Positions 48,846-62,400 of a DNA stretch of 64,000 nt are shown piece by piece. How positions within the stretch are numbered: the stretch's first letter is position 1; the number at the start of each line of letters is the position of its first letter. The stretch spans positions 62,001 to 126,000 of the forward strand of contig NW_026920047.1 in the NCBI RefSeq assembly GCF_032062105.1, given 5' to 3'. Position numbers and translations under genes: made by a program. Below the pieces are notes generated by a model, which was given only the letters and a program-made list of their open reading frames with translations, had not been told where the DNA came from and ran no database searches. The DNA comes from Saccostrea cucullata. Lineage: Eukaryota.

Positions 48846-49191
48846 CCTGGTTCACTTGTCACAAAATTCGGCCCCGTGTCAAAATTAATTATATTCCTCT
48901 AAAGAGTGTATATTTTTATGAAATTACCAATATATACCTGTACAGAGCTTTATCTATGTTTTATATAGCTGTAAAGGTAGCATTGTTTAGGTTAACGTTG
49001 CGATATTTTGACGTTGATTTACGCGACGTTTATTTTCAAGAATAAGAATTGGATATAATATTTCAAAATATATCCAGCTAATGCCTAGGTCACATTTCCC
49101 GGCCGGTAGACGTAGATCGGTGGTAATCGGTAGTAATCCGTGGTGTTAACGATGCCCGAACATCGGTCCACATCGGCCAAGTAGTTCTTAA

Positions 49192-49747
49192 GGTATCAGT
49201 CACATTATCCAGCGATGGGTATACGATGGTCAACCAATGCGTTTTATGAGAAAAATGACGTGGTTGCCGACCGGACTTACAAAGACCCAGCAATGCAATG
49301 CTAATCATAAAACGATGTTCCAGGATAATCGGCCGATGTATATCACATCGCTCACACATTGGTGAACATTGTTCGTACATCGGTCGACTACGGGCCAATG
49401 TTTGGTCGAACATCGACCGATGATCGGTCGTTATCTGTTGAACACCACTAAACTCCCCGATGACCTCAGATTCAACGTATATTGGACGATGCTCGGCCAT
49501 ACATCGGCCGATCCTTGAAAGATGTCTTAAAGATGGGTTGCCGATGAGGAGCGATGTGAGGCATCGTTGGAGACATCGCTGAATTTTAACTACGAATTAT
49601 TCCCTACCGATGACCCCACCGATTCGCAAAAAAAGACTCAGTCACCGTCCGATAACTAGTGATGCCCGGCCGGCAACCACGCCATTTTCATCAAAAACGC
49701 ATCGGTTTCTCATCGTAAACCCCATCGTTGGATAATGTGACTTATAC
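49192..49747. mobile_element. CpG-rich MITE, PIF/Harbinger-like
   Basis: TIR agtcacattatccagcgatggg / cccatcgttggataatgtgact, flanked by ttaa; internal atcgg/ccgat repeats. Confidence 0.65.
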
Positions 49748-50496
49748 TTAACATGCATTTTTCATTATGTAAGTTCATGAAATTTTTCTCACAAACGCAA
49801 AATGCAATTTATTGTTCTACATGTGATAGTATACCATACTTACTAATTTATTTTTCATTATTAATGGCAAATATTTGATTCGTATTTTTGAAATCTTTTT
49901 TTTTTAAATCATATTTATTAGAGAAAATAGTTGTTTATTGGTGGATTTTCATATGTTAGTGGACTGATGCCATGAGATTCATGCCGCTAAAATATTTAAA
50001 AGAACTTGAAACAAAAAGTTACAGGAAGTGTTGAAAAAAGAAATCACCATCATACTTTAAACAGTATGCTATTTTATCGTTAGTTTGATGACCCTACTTT
50101 GTTTGTCGCCTTTGTTTGATGACGTCATTGCTTCTCTATCTTTCGTCCCTCTGCTCATTGCACTTTTTAAAAAGATATATCGTCGTGTTATTAAATACTG
50201 ATTGAAACCAATTTTGCTTCTATGACTTTATCATGAACAGTCGACTTAACAAAATATTGAAGATGGAACTACGCCTAAGGAGAAAGATCCTCATTCAATT
50301 TTGTCGCTCGTTGAATACAATTTCTTATGTTGCGAGTAAAACTTTTCAACGTAACCGACTTTGAGATTTGAACATCCGGACTGCGAATCAGCACAAAATT
50401 ATCTCTCCTCTACCTTAATCATTTGTTCTGCAGAGAAAAAAGTGTTAAATATGTATCTGGACTTATTTTGTCTACCTCTATTCGGCGGCAAATATA

Positions 50497-51480
50497 CAGC
50501 TCAACAAACTTTTTAAGCTCACATGGTTTTTTGCACAATTTAAGGTCACATTGTTGTAATAAAAATAACCATTTTGGAACTACAGTACAATAGCATTACC
50601 CTTCGTTATATTACATACATAATGTCAAGCATAAATGTCTTTTAAAATCATTATCTTGAGTTTCCAAAGTGGATGTTTTAAAGGAAAATTTATAAATAAA
50701 TGGTAGGATGTTTCGACTATACGATACTACCATAGGTTTTTACAAATTGTATAAAATGAGCTTTCCTTGATCCCATGTCGTTGAAATTTTCAATTTTCTT
50801 CTTAAAGGTGAGTATTTTTATAAAATCTTTGCTCATTTACCATACTCCTCTTTGTTTCGTCGAAATGTAGCGCCGAAAAGGGATAACATTGCAAAAGGAA
50901 ACCATATTAAAGTGTAGGATAATGAAGTATTGTTTATTTTTTTGAATAGTAAATTCCTTCTGTGAAAAGGAAAATTCTTCTGCATTTACGGTTTGAAACG
51001 TTAAAATTTTGCAGTTGGATGAATCTTTCATGATTCTAGATTTTAGAAGTTGACTCTTAAAAATCCAACCTTATTAACATAGAAAGCTGCTAAACAGATG
51101 AAAAATACTGTTACCATCCCGAGTTAGAGAGTCAAAATGTACAGATAATACAAGTTACAGTAGCTGTACTGTATCCATGTCTACGTTTCTGCCAAGAGCT
51201 ATTGCTTTCAAAAGAACGCATAAAAAGGAAAAGTTACAACTGGCAAGAAACTACAAAAATTCAAATGAGAATAGTTTTTATTTTTCAGCCATGAATATAT
51301 CAAAGTTCTACCAATTGATTTGTGTGAATTATGTTTCAGTAAAATGAAATAAAACTCAAATTATGTAAACAAAATACTTTTAAAATGTATTTTGTTGTAT
51401 CGATACACAATCTTATATCATAACAATGTGACCTTAATTTGTGTGAAAAACCATGTGAGCTTAAACAGTTTGTAGAGCTG
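50497..51480. mobile_element. Tc1/mariner-type MITE with ~65-bp TIRs, TA duplication
   Basis: cagctc.acaaact.tttaagctcacatggtttt...ttaaggtcacattgtt mirrored at 51425-51480; TA on both sides. Confidence 0.8.
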
Positions 51481-53957
51481 TATGTATTTCCAGTGGGTTT
51501 TTTTTTACTTACATTTAAGATTTTTTACTCTCTGCCAATTAGTTTTCGTTCAGATTTCAAAGAACTAAGATATTGTGATTTTTACTACACATCAGTAAAT
51601 GAAATTGATTATTAGATGACAAATGCTCACATTTAAAAATGTGTCTCCCCTACTATGATAAAAATAAGTCGTTATTTGAGATGTATTGCTTGATTATACC
51701 AATGCTTATTGAAACATTTTTATACGATTTATTCAAAGATATAAGCCGTATGTCTTATAGTTTAGAAGTGGAAAGAAAAGAATGAAGTTGTTTTAGGTTT
51801 AAGAATTTGTTCCTGTATAAATCTGTACGAAAAAGGTCTAACATATTTGATGTTTTACTGAGTGTACATAAAAATCGATGTTATACCTCTGAGTGAGATG
51901 TTGGACCTGTTGATGAAATATTAGACCGCTTACGTCACATTATGGGCGGACCTTAATCTCATTTGCTTCCGTTGGTGATAAACAGTGATGAATATGAAGT
52001 TTACATCAGAACGCAGTACAAGATACATTAAAAATTTATACATTTTTACCCAAGTTTGGATCTGCAATCCAACAAAATATAAAGTTGTTTATTTTTCCTC
52101 TGTAATATCCCATTCATTTAAACCTCCTATGTTGAAGAGTTCCACAATAGTCTGCTCTGAATTATTCGTTCTACTACTATTTCCTATAGGAATGAACTAT
52201 AGTACGAATTATTCAAAGCAGACTATTTTTAGAGAGAATTTAATATGATATTTTCTATATGTACGAGCATTGTTTACATTATGAAGAGCTTTAAAGTTCT
52301 GCATCTCGTTAATTAATCAACAAGTGATATTCAAATTTTCACTGATCATTCGATGATGCTTTTACAAGTATTGTAATCATTAAAAGTGGTTTCAAAAATT
52401 CAGTTCAAGCTGTGTCCATGTCCCTTTAAGAAATTTTCTTCACATTTTGTACCATTTTAAGACAAATATTACACAATAAGTCATAATAAAGATTAAGAGG
52501 TTTATATAAATTTAGAAATAAAAAGAGTCTTTGTAACTTTATTTCCTGTTACATATAATTTAGTTTAGCTTATGAAATAAAATAATAGAACGGATGAAAA
52601 GTTTATGTGCATGAATATAATATAATATAATTGTTATTATTTTTCACTGTAGATTACAGCTCTGTGCATCATCAGATGTAAAAACAGTTTTCATATAGGG
52701 CCTAGATATTAGTTAAGGTATTTTCGCTAAGATACAGTGCCCTCCATATACATATACATGTACATATACAGCAATATCCTCGCCCAAACACACTATGTAA
52801 AACATATTAAGCAAGAATACAAATTTTCAGGAGGAATTAAACAACCTTGCATATCTATCCTTAAATAAAGTTCTCGTGTATAAAAGTGTGTTTTATTTCT
52901 GACTGGTTTTAGTACAAAGAAGAACTATGTTTGTACATATATGAGCATGTTAAAGCTTATCGAATATACAATCTATTCATGCGATAAAGTAGATTGATTG
53001 AATGATTGAATGTATGTTGTTTTACATCTCATTCAAGAATGCAATATATTTATATAACAGAAAATTACGATATGAACATGATAAATACATGTAAAAAGGT
53101 AAGGAGACAGTCTATGCGGAAGACACTGTCATAGAATTTACTTGTCCGTAGGGCATTAGCGTCTATAATCAGAAATACAAATGATTAAAAATTAGAGGAC
53201 TACAAAGCGGATGCCCCCTTGAAAAAGAGCATTTTTATCTATAAAAAGCAAGCTGCTAGGCAGCATTTGATATTGATCCCGATGCAAATTACGTAACTTG
53301 CGTTTCTCACAAAGACAAATTACACGCACAAAAACACACACAATTACGCGTTACTATATTTTCCTTCTCCGTTGCAAGGGGATAGGAAGATTATGACAAG
53401 AATGTTTGCTGTTGGCAAGTAACAGCATAATCATTCCAGAAGGCATCCATTCAATGATCACGTGTCGCTTGATTATCAACCTTGGAGAAGAAAATATATA
53501 TATGAGTATATCATAGAGCATCTCTCTTAGTGTGAAATTAGTCATCAGTTTAATCACCGGCCTTTTGATTTAATCTCAAGTGCCTCAACAGCTTCAAGGG
53601 ATGTTTCCTTTCATTTCACTGAAAGTGTCATAGTTTTGGACCCCAACATTTAGTTACAGTGACAAATATATAAGTATTCATTTATATATATTTACATTTG
53701 CAAATGTTTCCTTTAAATAACACTACTGAAAGCAATGTATATCTATAACTGTATAAATACAGGTACGGGGTCTAGAGGTCATAGATGTGCGTATGAATAA
53801 ACGTTCGACGTAATTTCTCTGTGAAGTCATAAAGTGTCGACGTGCGTTCAATGGATTATATTCATGCCATTGGATTAGCAAAATAACGCATTTCACACGT
53901 TAAAAGTCACAATCAGGCAAATAAAAAGTATGAATAAGTCACAAATGTAAATATTAG

Positions 53958-54095
53958 TAATAAGATATCACTTAAAACATATATCGGGATATAAATACGG
54001 GTTGGTACGAGATTAAATTCATCATAAAATGGAATTTAATCTCGTGACCAAACCGTATTTATATCCCAATAGATGTTTAAAAATAATACCTTATT
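53958..54095. repeat. ~135-bp imperfect palindrome
   Basis: gggatataaatacgg.ttggt.acgagattaaattc / gaatttaatctcgtgaccaaaccgtatttatatccc. Confidence 0.75.
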
Positions 54096-54477
54096 TCTTA
54101 AATAACTTTTTAGTCATGGTGCATTTGAACTGTATTTACATCTACATATACATGTTTATGATGTTTCATTATTTAGCTTTATGAAATTTCTTATAAATGT
54201 GCTTACAATATCACTTAGTATTTTATAACGGATAGTAACAAGAGGTATGGAATGGTGTACAATCTAATCTGGATGTGATTGATGAGGAAGTTCGAATGAA
54301 ATTTCTTTTTTAAAAATGTATCAGAAGTAATCATAAAAAATTGTTTTGTAATATAGTAATTGCAGCTTAAGCTTAAAACTTTAGTTTTTGACATTAAATG
54401 TAAGAGGGCTAAATGCTACATCTCTACCACAGTATATCAGTTTGGTAAATATTTTGCGAATCACAACCAACCAAGCC

Positions 54478-55012
54478 ATATGATAAACGTGATGTCTTTA
54501 ACTTTTCTATCGTCAACTTCCCTTACTTAGGCAGCAATACCGTATACCTTTATCACCTGCATAGGGAGTATATTTATCTCAGCTGATTCGATACGCAAAA
54601 GCATGCTCTACGTATGAATAGTTTCTAAAACGAGGTAAATTATTAATAAATAAGTTGATGAAACAAGAATATCAGCAGTCTCGTTTACAGTCATCATTTC
54701 GTAAGTACTATGGTCGATACAATGACCTTGTCAGCAAATACAATTTATCATTGAGTCAAATGCTGACTGACGGTTTTCATGCTAATTGTTAGTCCATTAT
54801 TTATACACTGAATTGACGACAGATTTTTCCGTTATTTCCTGATCATGACAAGGAGCACACAGCGGGTGTGCCCGGTCAGCAGAGGATGTTCACTCCTCCA
54901 TGGCACCTGATGTCACCTCTGATGTTTCGGAGGTCCGTGTTTGCTCTGCTCCTATTTTGTATTGTTTTATGGACTTTGATACTGAATACTGTTTGTTATC
55001 TCCATATCATTT
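54478..55012 (+). mobile_element. Penelope-like 3' fragment (empty-site paralogue of the Ngaro target)
   Basis: YDKRDVFNFSIVNFP, GVYLSQLIRYAKAC-like translation; same 3' tail recurs as short fragments near 11770, 17610, 36515, 61600, 62460, 63405. Confidence 0.8.
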
Positions 55013-55774
55013 TTCATACAACCGGGTCCCCTGGTAAACAAAGCTTAGCAGAGTGTATTTTAGTAGGTAAGGGTGGATAACTGATTAGTATATCTTGTGA
55101 GGCAAACCGTGACAAGTATGAATTAGTAATCAGGTATGATCTTGTGCCCAGTGCACTACAAAACTTTCGTGATTTCATCTCAACAATGAGATAACATTTA
55201 AACAATCCTCCAACGTATCTATGTTCTTCTTCACCCTACAATTAGGTGAACCTTGGGCCTCTTAAGATACTTTAGTCCCCAGGTTCTGAAAATGTGGCAT
55301 TAACTGAATGAAAATGCTACCAAAAATATCCCTAAATTCTCATACAAATGTGTTTTTTCTTCAAACTTGATCTTCAAAGTTTATCATATTATGTAGGGAA
55401 AATAAGTAAATATCGAATAAATTTTCAAAAAAATGCGACTAAAACCACCTATTATAATCCATTTTCTAAATAAAATTTGATCAACAAATACACTTTAGAA
55501 ATAAAATTCATAGTAATCCAGGCTTTTGAATAAATTTTTATATACATAATTTACTTTTAGTTTCTTCTATTTATTTCGATATATTTACAAAGCAAAGTAT
55601 ATAGAGATTTCCCTATCATTGCAAAAACACTATAAATCACTTCTAATTTCATATCATTTTAAAGAACCTCAATTTCTTTAAATATCTAAATTTAAATAAT
55701 TTGACTTTTTATAAGACTTTTCAGAAAACCTCAAAGAACCATGAAGCAGACTGAGTGGTATAAAATGAAAAATA

Positions 55775-57587
55775 CGAGGGGCGTTCAATAAATAATGTCA
55801 TTGGGGCTCGGAAAGAAGTAAAAAGATGCTTTTCTATGATTTAGTCTGAATGATCTAACAAAAATATTCTCTTTTAATTAAAACACGTGTCCGTAACATT
55901 TTTATTCAATTTCTAATTGTTTCTAGAACACATTTTTGAGTATGACCTTCGTATACTGGAAAATGTCAGATCCTATGATTTGCTGTATTTGTTTTTTATA
56001 GATGTTTATCTAAGTTTGGGAAATGAAATAAGTCAAAGGTTGAAAGATCTGGCAAATTTTGTTGGTGTGACAAAACATTAACTTTCTGTTTATCCCAAAA
56101 ACTCCTTTACTCTTCATAGCCTGTGGGTTTGGGCGCTGTCATGAAGAAATTTAATATAGTGAATTCCTCATTCTGTTTCCTTACCCTCAAACACCTTTCA
56201 TTTTTTGGCAGAAAAATTGTTTTCTAGACTCCTCCAGAAATTGAACTTCCTCCCCAAATATGAATTTGAACAATAAGACCGCTAATATTTAAGAAAATAG
56301 CATATAAAAGTGTTTTATGTTCTTGCAATTCTTTGCTCTTTTTAGGCATTTGCATTTTTGTCAAGTGCATGTTATTTTAAATTTGTTCTGAGGGTTTAAA
56401 GCAAAATGGATTCAAATTTCATTATCTATTTGAATTTCAGACAAACGTTGATAAGTGTAATTTTTGATTTTTTAAAAATATAATTGTTTAGATGTCGTTT
56501 TCACTATTTTTCAAATTATAGGGGGCATGCTTGATCGGTAGCTTGAATTTCTGGAATTGGAGGAATTACAATCGGAATTCAATTCCGGCTCAGTTCTATC
56601 AATTCCGTATTGAGAGGTGGTGTGAAAGCAATTAAAGATGGCGACTACTGTGTATTTGCCGAGAGTGCCGATTAAAACATGTATGCAGTTTTTCCCTGTA
56701 TTTGGACCCTGATACAGTCCTATAGACCTATTTGCAAATTAAAATTTAACATTGTTCTCATAATATTATTCAAATCATGTTAATTGTTAAGTTCTCCTAC
56801 TAGCTGCAGACAGCAAACATCATGATATTCTGTTCTTCACAGCATTCACTCGCACTTTTATCCTGACCTCCATAAATCATTTAATAAGAAGAAATTCTTT
56901 ATTTGTCGAGCTACAGCCATATTGTGAGTCTGTGAACTAATTCCAATTCCAGTTTTACATGATTGGTAGAATTTTTGGAACTCTCGGAATTGAAATCTGA
57001 CTTTACAATCAAGCACACCCAGGGTGACCTTTGAGAATTAAATATTTTTACTATCAAATGTTTCTTTAAAACAGTGTGAACTATCACCAAAATGATTTCT
57101 ATCAATTTTGCTATGTGTCTTAAAGTCAGTAAAAAATATTCAATGATAATTTGTTGAATTTTCGCAAATATACATTGGTTGTTGTAAGTCCTTGTTGCCA
57201 AAGACGGTATCCATTTTTGATGCCCATTAAATAATTTTTGTATATTGAAATCCATCCGTTTACGTGGCTATAAAACAAACATTGGTTGCTGTAAATATCA
57301 CATATTTCAGTTGATATATTTTTGGAGAAGTAGCAAGTTTTACACCTGCTTTAATGAAGCGTTTAATTTGACACTAGGTTTCTGATTGTTGACCATTAAT
57401 TTTTAATGCAGTGTTTGGAATAACCCTTCCTTTCCAGCTTCCCACGATGAAATAATGCAATGAAAAGTGGTCGCAGAAACTGTTATCAATTCATTAAAGA
57501 TATAATGAGAGAAAGCCAATCTTAATGTCATATATTTCTATGTTGTATGTCATCGAGCTAATGACATTATTTATTGAACGTCCCTCG
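55775..57587 (-). mobile_element. Decayed mariner element
   Basis: TIR cgaggggcgttcaataaataatgtcatt / aatgacattatttattgaacgtccctcg with TA flanks; transposase remnants FLHDSAQTH and NLPDLSTFDLFHF (cf. LHDNARPH, YSPDLAPSDF) at about 56010-56150. Confidence 0.8.
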
Positions 57588-57707
57588 TAGTTGCATAAAA
57601 GTTTTGATTTTCATGCTTCATTTTGAGAGGTCTTGAATTAAATTATAATCAATAAGTTATCTTTCCTGACTGAGGATAGGAGTACATTAATTAGTTTTTG
57701 TTTTGAT

Positions 57708-59402
57708 TCACTGCAGATATTTGATTTTCTTCACTTGCATATTTCTCCATTCAGCAACAAACAGATTATCATTTGTATCTGTACACAGTCCCTGGGGATA
57801 ACTTAGTCCACAGACTATAAAACGGAGGAACTGTCCATCCTGGTCTATGATGTGGACACATTCATTGTTATAATCAGCTGTAAGGATGTGACTCTGACTG
57901 TCTGTTGTGATTCCTCGTGGACTGAATGGTTGGTTATTTGGTGCAGGAGTATGTCCAGTGTATCTGAATCTCAGTTTACCAGCATGATTGACTACTACCA
58001 CTGCTTCAGCTCTATAGTCAGACACACATATATCTAAGTTTCTGTTTTCAGTAATATTTCTGCAAAAAGGTCCAGATGAAAAGAGAGGTTTGCCTTCACC
58101 ATCGAACTTTATGATTTGTTTCTGATTGAAACCAGAGTAACGGACAACTTTTGTTTGTACGTAGTCATCATTTTCCATGATAACCAATAGGTCACCGGAA
58201 GAGGTACTACATGCAGATCGAGGTTTCCATTTCAGTAGTCTGATCACCTTCTGAATCTTCTTATTTTTCACAATGTTCACAGTTCTATCATGGTAATCAG
58301 TATATATTAGATCTCCACTTAAAGTCACTGCAATGTCATCTGGTGCTTTCATTGACGTAGTTGTGATTGACTTGAGTGGTGATCCCTGGTTGATGCTGAA
58401 GAGTTTCATATTGCTGTCATCTCCACTTGTCCAAATTTCTTCATCACTCATACAGGCCACGTTATGAAGGTGTCTATAACCTGTATCTATATCTATGGTG
58501 GTGACAATCTCTGGTTCATCAAGCAGTTGTTTAATTGAAGGGGAGGATCCAGCATCTGGTGATTTTTCTGTAGTCTTGAAGCTGTACCCATGTTCATCTG
58601 CAGTTAAAGAACTCAGTGATAAAGTTCCAAACAGTTTGACAAGATTTTTTCCTTCGATTTTCTCTGGTTCAAATCTTGGCAAACATGTTACAAGCTTTTG
58701 TGGAAGGTTTCTATATTTTCCTACAATAGATTTAATTTTCAACAGCTTTGAAATGTCTTTAGAGTTCACATTTTTTTCAACTGCATTGATTTCATCCTTA
58801 ATTTCAGATATTTTCTTGCTAATTCCATCCAGATGATTTTGTAGAATTTGTGACTGTGTGATTTTCATTTCATTAACTTCAGCTTTAAGTTTCTGGACAA
58901 GTTTGTCAATTTCTCTGTGCCAGTCCTCTCCATGTTTTGTTATGGCTGTAGAGAGATCTCCATATTCCTTTTCTAACTGACTCATTCTGTTTTGTACATC
59001 AGAGGCAATGTCCTGGTAGGTTGGGCAAATTGTATTAATTAATTCATTTCTTTCTTTTATAAAAATCTCTTTCCTTTCATCCAGAACTCGCAAGATTTTA
59101 GATAATTCATGACCTAGATGTTGATGTGATTCAATGCAGCTAATGCAGATAGGAATGGCACATTGATTACAATACATTTCACATCGTTCTTTGACATGAG
59201 AATTGCATCTTGGGTAGAGAGGGGTAGATTTTCTAAGAGCAAATCTGACTATGTCATGTTTTTGGGATTCATCAGATACCATATGATCACCAACACAGGC
59301 CTTACACATGTTGACAAGACATGTATCACAGTGCATCTGTACCACAGCGGTCTCACACAAGTCACATCTTATCACATCCTGGGCACTGGTACAAGGGTCC
59401 AT
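57708..59402 (-). CDS. TRIM-like B-box/coiled-coil/NHL-propeller protein, copy E (564 aa)
   Basis: Intact ORF; acceptor tttag at 59416-59417 places the start at MDPCTS (59402). Confidence 0.92.
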   Translation of the reverse strand: MDPCTSAQDVIRCDLCETAVVQMHCDTCLVNMCKACVGDHMVSDESQKHDIVRFALRKSTPLYPRCNSHVKERCEMYCNQCAIPICISCIESHQHLGHELSKILRVLDERKEIFIKERNELINTICPTYQDIASDVQNRMSQLEKEYGDLSTAITKHGEDWHREIDKLVQKLKAEVNEMKITQSQILQNHLDGISKKISEIKDEINAVEKNVNSKDISKLLKIKSIVGKYRNLPQKLVTCLPRFEPEKIEGKNLVKLFGTLSLSSLTADEHGYSFKTTEKSPDAGSSPSIKQLLDEPEIVTTIDIDTGYRHLHNVACMSDEEIWTSGDDSNMKLFSINQGSPLKSITTTSMKAPDDIAVTLSGDLIYTDYHDRTVNIVKNKKIQKVIRLLKWKPRSACSTSSGDLLVIMENDDYVQTKVVRYSGFNQKQIIKFDGEGKPLFSSGPFCRNITENRNLDICVSDYRAEAVVVVNHAGKLRFRYTGHTPAPNNQPFSPRGITTDSQSHILTADYNNECVHIIDQDGQFLRFIVCGLSYPQGLCTDTNDNLFVAEWRNMQVKKIKYLQ

Positions 59403-62400
59403 GGTTATATTTTGCCTAAATTGAGAAGAATATTGATAATCGCTCATTATATATCTACATGTATACATTCCAAATGCAATGATTAGGATAATAAGTTAAA
59501 TCTTGGTGAAGAAAATGAACGGAAATATATGATTTATGAATCTGTTTCCTTAAATTTTAATTTTTGAGAGGGTGAATAGCAAATCATGAAATAAAGGAAT
59601 AACTTTTGACAAAATATTAAACTAGTTTAACAGTACATTTATAATATTCCAGAAAAGAAATTGCTATTCATGACTCCATCTTCACTGATGAACAACATTG
59701 TTTAAAATGTGGATGTGCTTTATCTTTAAAATCCTCTGACCTCTCACTCTGGAGATATTCGGACAGAAAATTAAAATTTCAAAGTTAAAGAAGACTGCTT
59801 TGGTTTACTCTGCTTTCCGATCAGTTCAGGGTAGCATATGTTAATGCTTGTTAAAGTTTTGACTTATATACTGAAAGGAAAAAGAAACGCAGGGTAGCAT
59901 AATATTCGAAAAAAAAATTGACCGCATGACCGAAAATAACGAAAATTTGTCAGAAGAGAAATTTAGTTTCTATGTACCTTAATCAGTGTTCAAAGGTACT
60001 CAACCGTAAAATGTATGACATCATGTAGGGAAAACGCGAAAAAGCCCAAAACACGTGCAATTTGATGACGACGAGTTTGTCAACAATTTTTGTTGCACAA
60101 TTTGATGCATCTGAGGTATACACATTGTTTTTCAATATTTAAAGACGATATGAATTTCTTGCAATCTTGGTACAATGTACGGAAGTTCCATGGGGTATGG
60201 TTTTCGAATTGCCTGAGAAATAAAAAAGCAACAACTCAATAACTAAACAGTTTCTTGTGAATTTACCTCATAAAACTTGTTACCCGTTGTAAGAGAGGAC
60301 ATGGAATGGTTTTCAATCAACTATGACGATGACGTTAACGCGAAACAGAGTCATGTTACGAGCGGATTATTCGTCCTGCCATCTCTTAAATCGCAATCCT
60401 ACTACCACAAAAACCGCCTTTTATACAGTAGACTATTGTTATCATTACATTCCCCGAAAAAAAGAGAACAATTTCGCAATTTTGGCTTTTTGAGACAGTC
60501 AGCTTACTGTTGTGTTCCTCTCACTGGCGCATGCGCGTGTCGTATGACTAATTTTTTGGCGTGGTTACCCATGTCCAATATTGCCAGGGTTTAAAAAGAT
60601 ACTCACTCTCATGAATTTTATGGAAAGGAGAAATAACGCTCATGAGAGATGTACAGGAGAAACATTGAAGATAACGTTAGCTTTCGATTTTCACTTTTGG
60701 GGGTATCGTCTTATGAGCTTCAATAACACATGAATTATTAGACAAAATCAAATGGGATTTTGGATATGTCTTTTGAAAGATGATTTTAAAAGTTAGATAG
60801 GAATAATGAAAAAAATTGAAAGAAAAATAAATTTATTCACCTCAAAAGTTTACCCTACGTTTCTTTTTCCCTTCAGTATGTACAGGTTTACATACATTTA
60901 TAGATATGGACTCTTCCATGTAAAAATTATATACTGTATGCTAAAATTGAGGTCATATTTGAAATTAATATTTCAATTTATACATACTGTCATTATATGT
61001 ATGTCATCATTCTGTCATCATTTAAGTTATGGAACAAATACTTATTATATCTAGTATATAAGTCTTAAGTGGGGTGAATCAATACAGCCTACCTGTTTGT
61101 TCAATAAATGGTCTCAAGTTTTTAATCCCTCTAATCTGTAGTGTGGAAAGATATTTTAAAATGACATCTAATAAATAAAAAATTATAAAGTGAATCCCAT
61201 AATTAATAAGATGGCTTTAATGACGTCTTTCCTGCATGTAAGCCAAATACACAAGCAGAGTCTCTTTTATCACTTAATATTTAGTGTTCAAACTTCCTGT
61301 TTTAGTTTTACTAAGAATTCGGGTCAAGTATCTTTTTTTCAATCTTGCAAACTGATACACATCTTAAATAACAAATAGTTATATTTGGGCACACACCATT
61401 CATCATCTACGAAGATATAATTCCGCACAATTTAAAAAAAAGACGTGTTTTCATAATATATGAAAACATGATAATCATCAGCTAAATAAATTTACACTAG
61501 TTATTCGGAGAAGATCTAAGCTACCGAATATTTTTAAGAATGGAGGCTTATATAACAACTTTGCTACATGCAATATATGGAGATAACAAACAGTTTTAAA
61601 AACTCAAAGTCCATTCAAGTAATACAAATAAAGAACAGGGCAAACACGGACCTCTAAAAAATTAGAGAATTATGAGCACATTACGCAAATACAAAATACT
61701 CCTGAAAGATCAGGAACTCGTGATCAAGATCTCGTGAAAAAAATAATGTCGGAGAGATTGCATTTTTTGGGGCATTCAGATGTATTAATAGATATGATCA
61801 GAAAAATGAAAGATGGTTTTTTTAGATGTCATTCATAAATTTCACACAGTAAAAATCATAAGTTGACCTTAGCTGGTTTCATGTAGCACACCACCCGAAG
61901 GGCATTTTTATTTATAGCAGCAAAAACTAAATGATAATCTTCATGTAAATTCATGTAAATTAGTTTAATCCAACTTTTTAAAAACACATTTTCTCTGAAT
62001 ATGAAACCATGCCTTCCGGTAGAACAACATGGCTTGACGAGGGGTGGTGACTGCACAGTTTAAGTGTAATCAGTCACTGTTAATTTTTTATCATATGTGT
62101 ATGTTTACTCCTTTATACAGATGATATCGCTCATATGATATTGTTTATCTATCAACACGATCTGATCAACAGTTGTCACAATGCTTCAATGCTTTTTACA
62201 TGAAATAGATTGGTCAAGCAAAGTGGATTCATATAAGTGACTGTATGTGTTAAATAGATGTTAAATAGGTGATCCGAATCTCTCATTGTTTGTGGTTGTG
62301 TATCAGATAACATGTTTTGTGTTTTCCATACCCTCGCAAAGGTTTTGAGATAGAAAACACACAACTGGAATCATATATACGTACCCAACCACAAACTATG

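Noticed and set aside
49090-49500. 136-aa ORF
   Set aside because: Lies in a CpG-rich MITE with short internal repeats; no recognisable motif
33395-55012. Hammerhead ribozymes expected in Penelope-like elements
   Set aside because: No CUGAUGA...GAAA core with supporting stems was seen by eye in these fragments
17366-59468. N-terminal extensions of ORFs 15683..17422, 57708..59468 and 42750..43940
   Set aside because: Each extension crosses a pyrimidine tract and AG acceptor; paralogues start at MDP, so the extensions are most likely intron sequence
15665-59486. Plus-strand ORFs antisense to the TRIM copies (e.g. 15665..15997, 46190..46492, 58495..58836)
   Set aside because: Shadow frames whose similarity derives from the conserved minus-strand coding sequence; starts and stops are not conserved between copies
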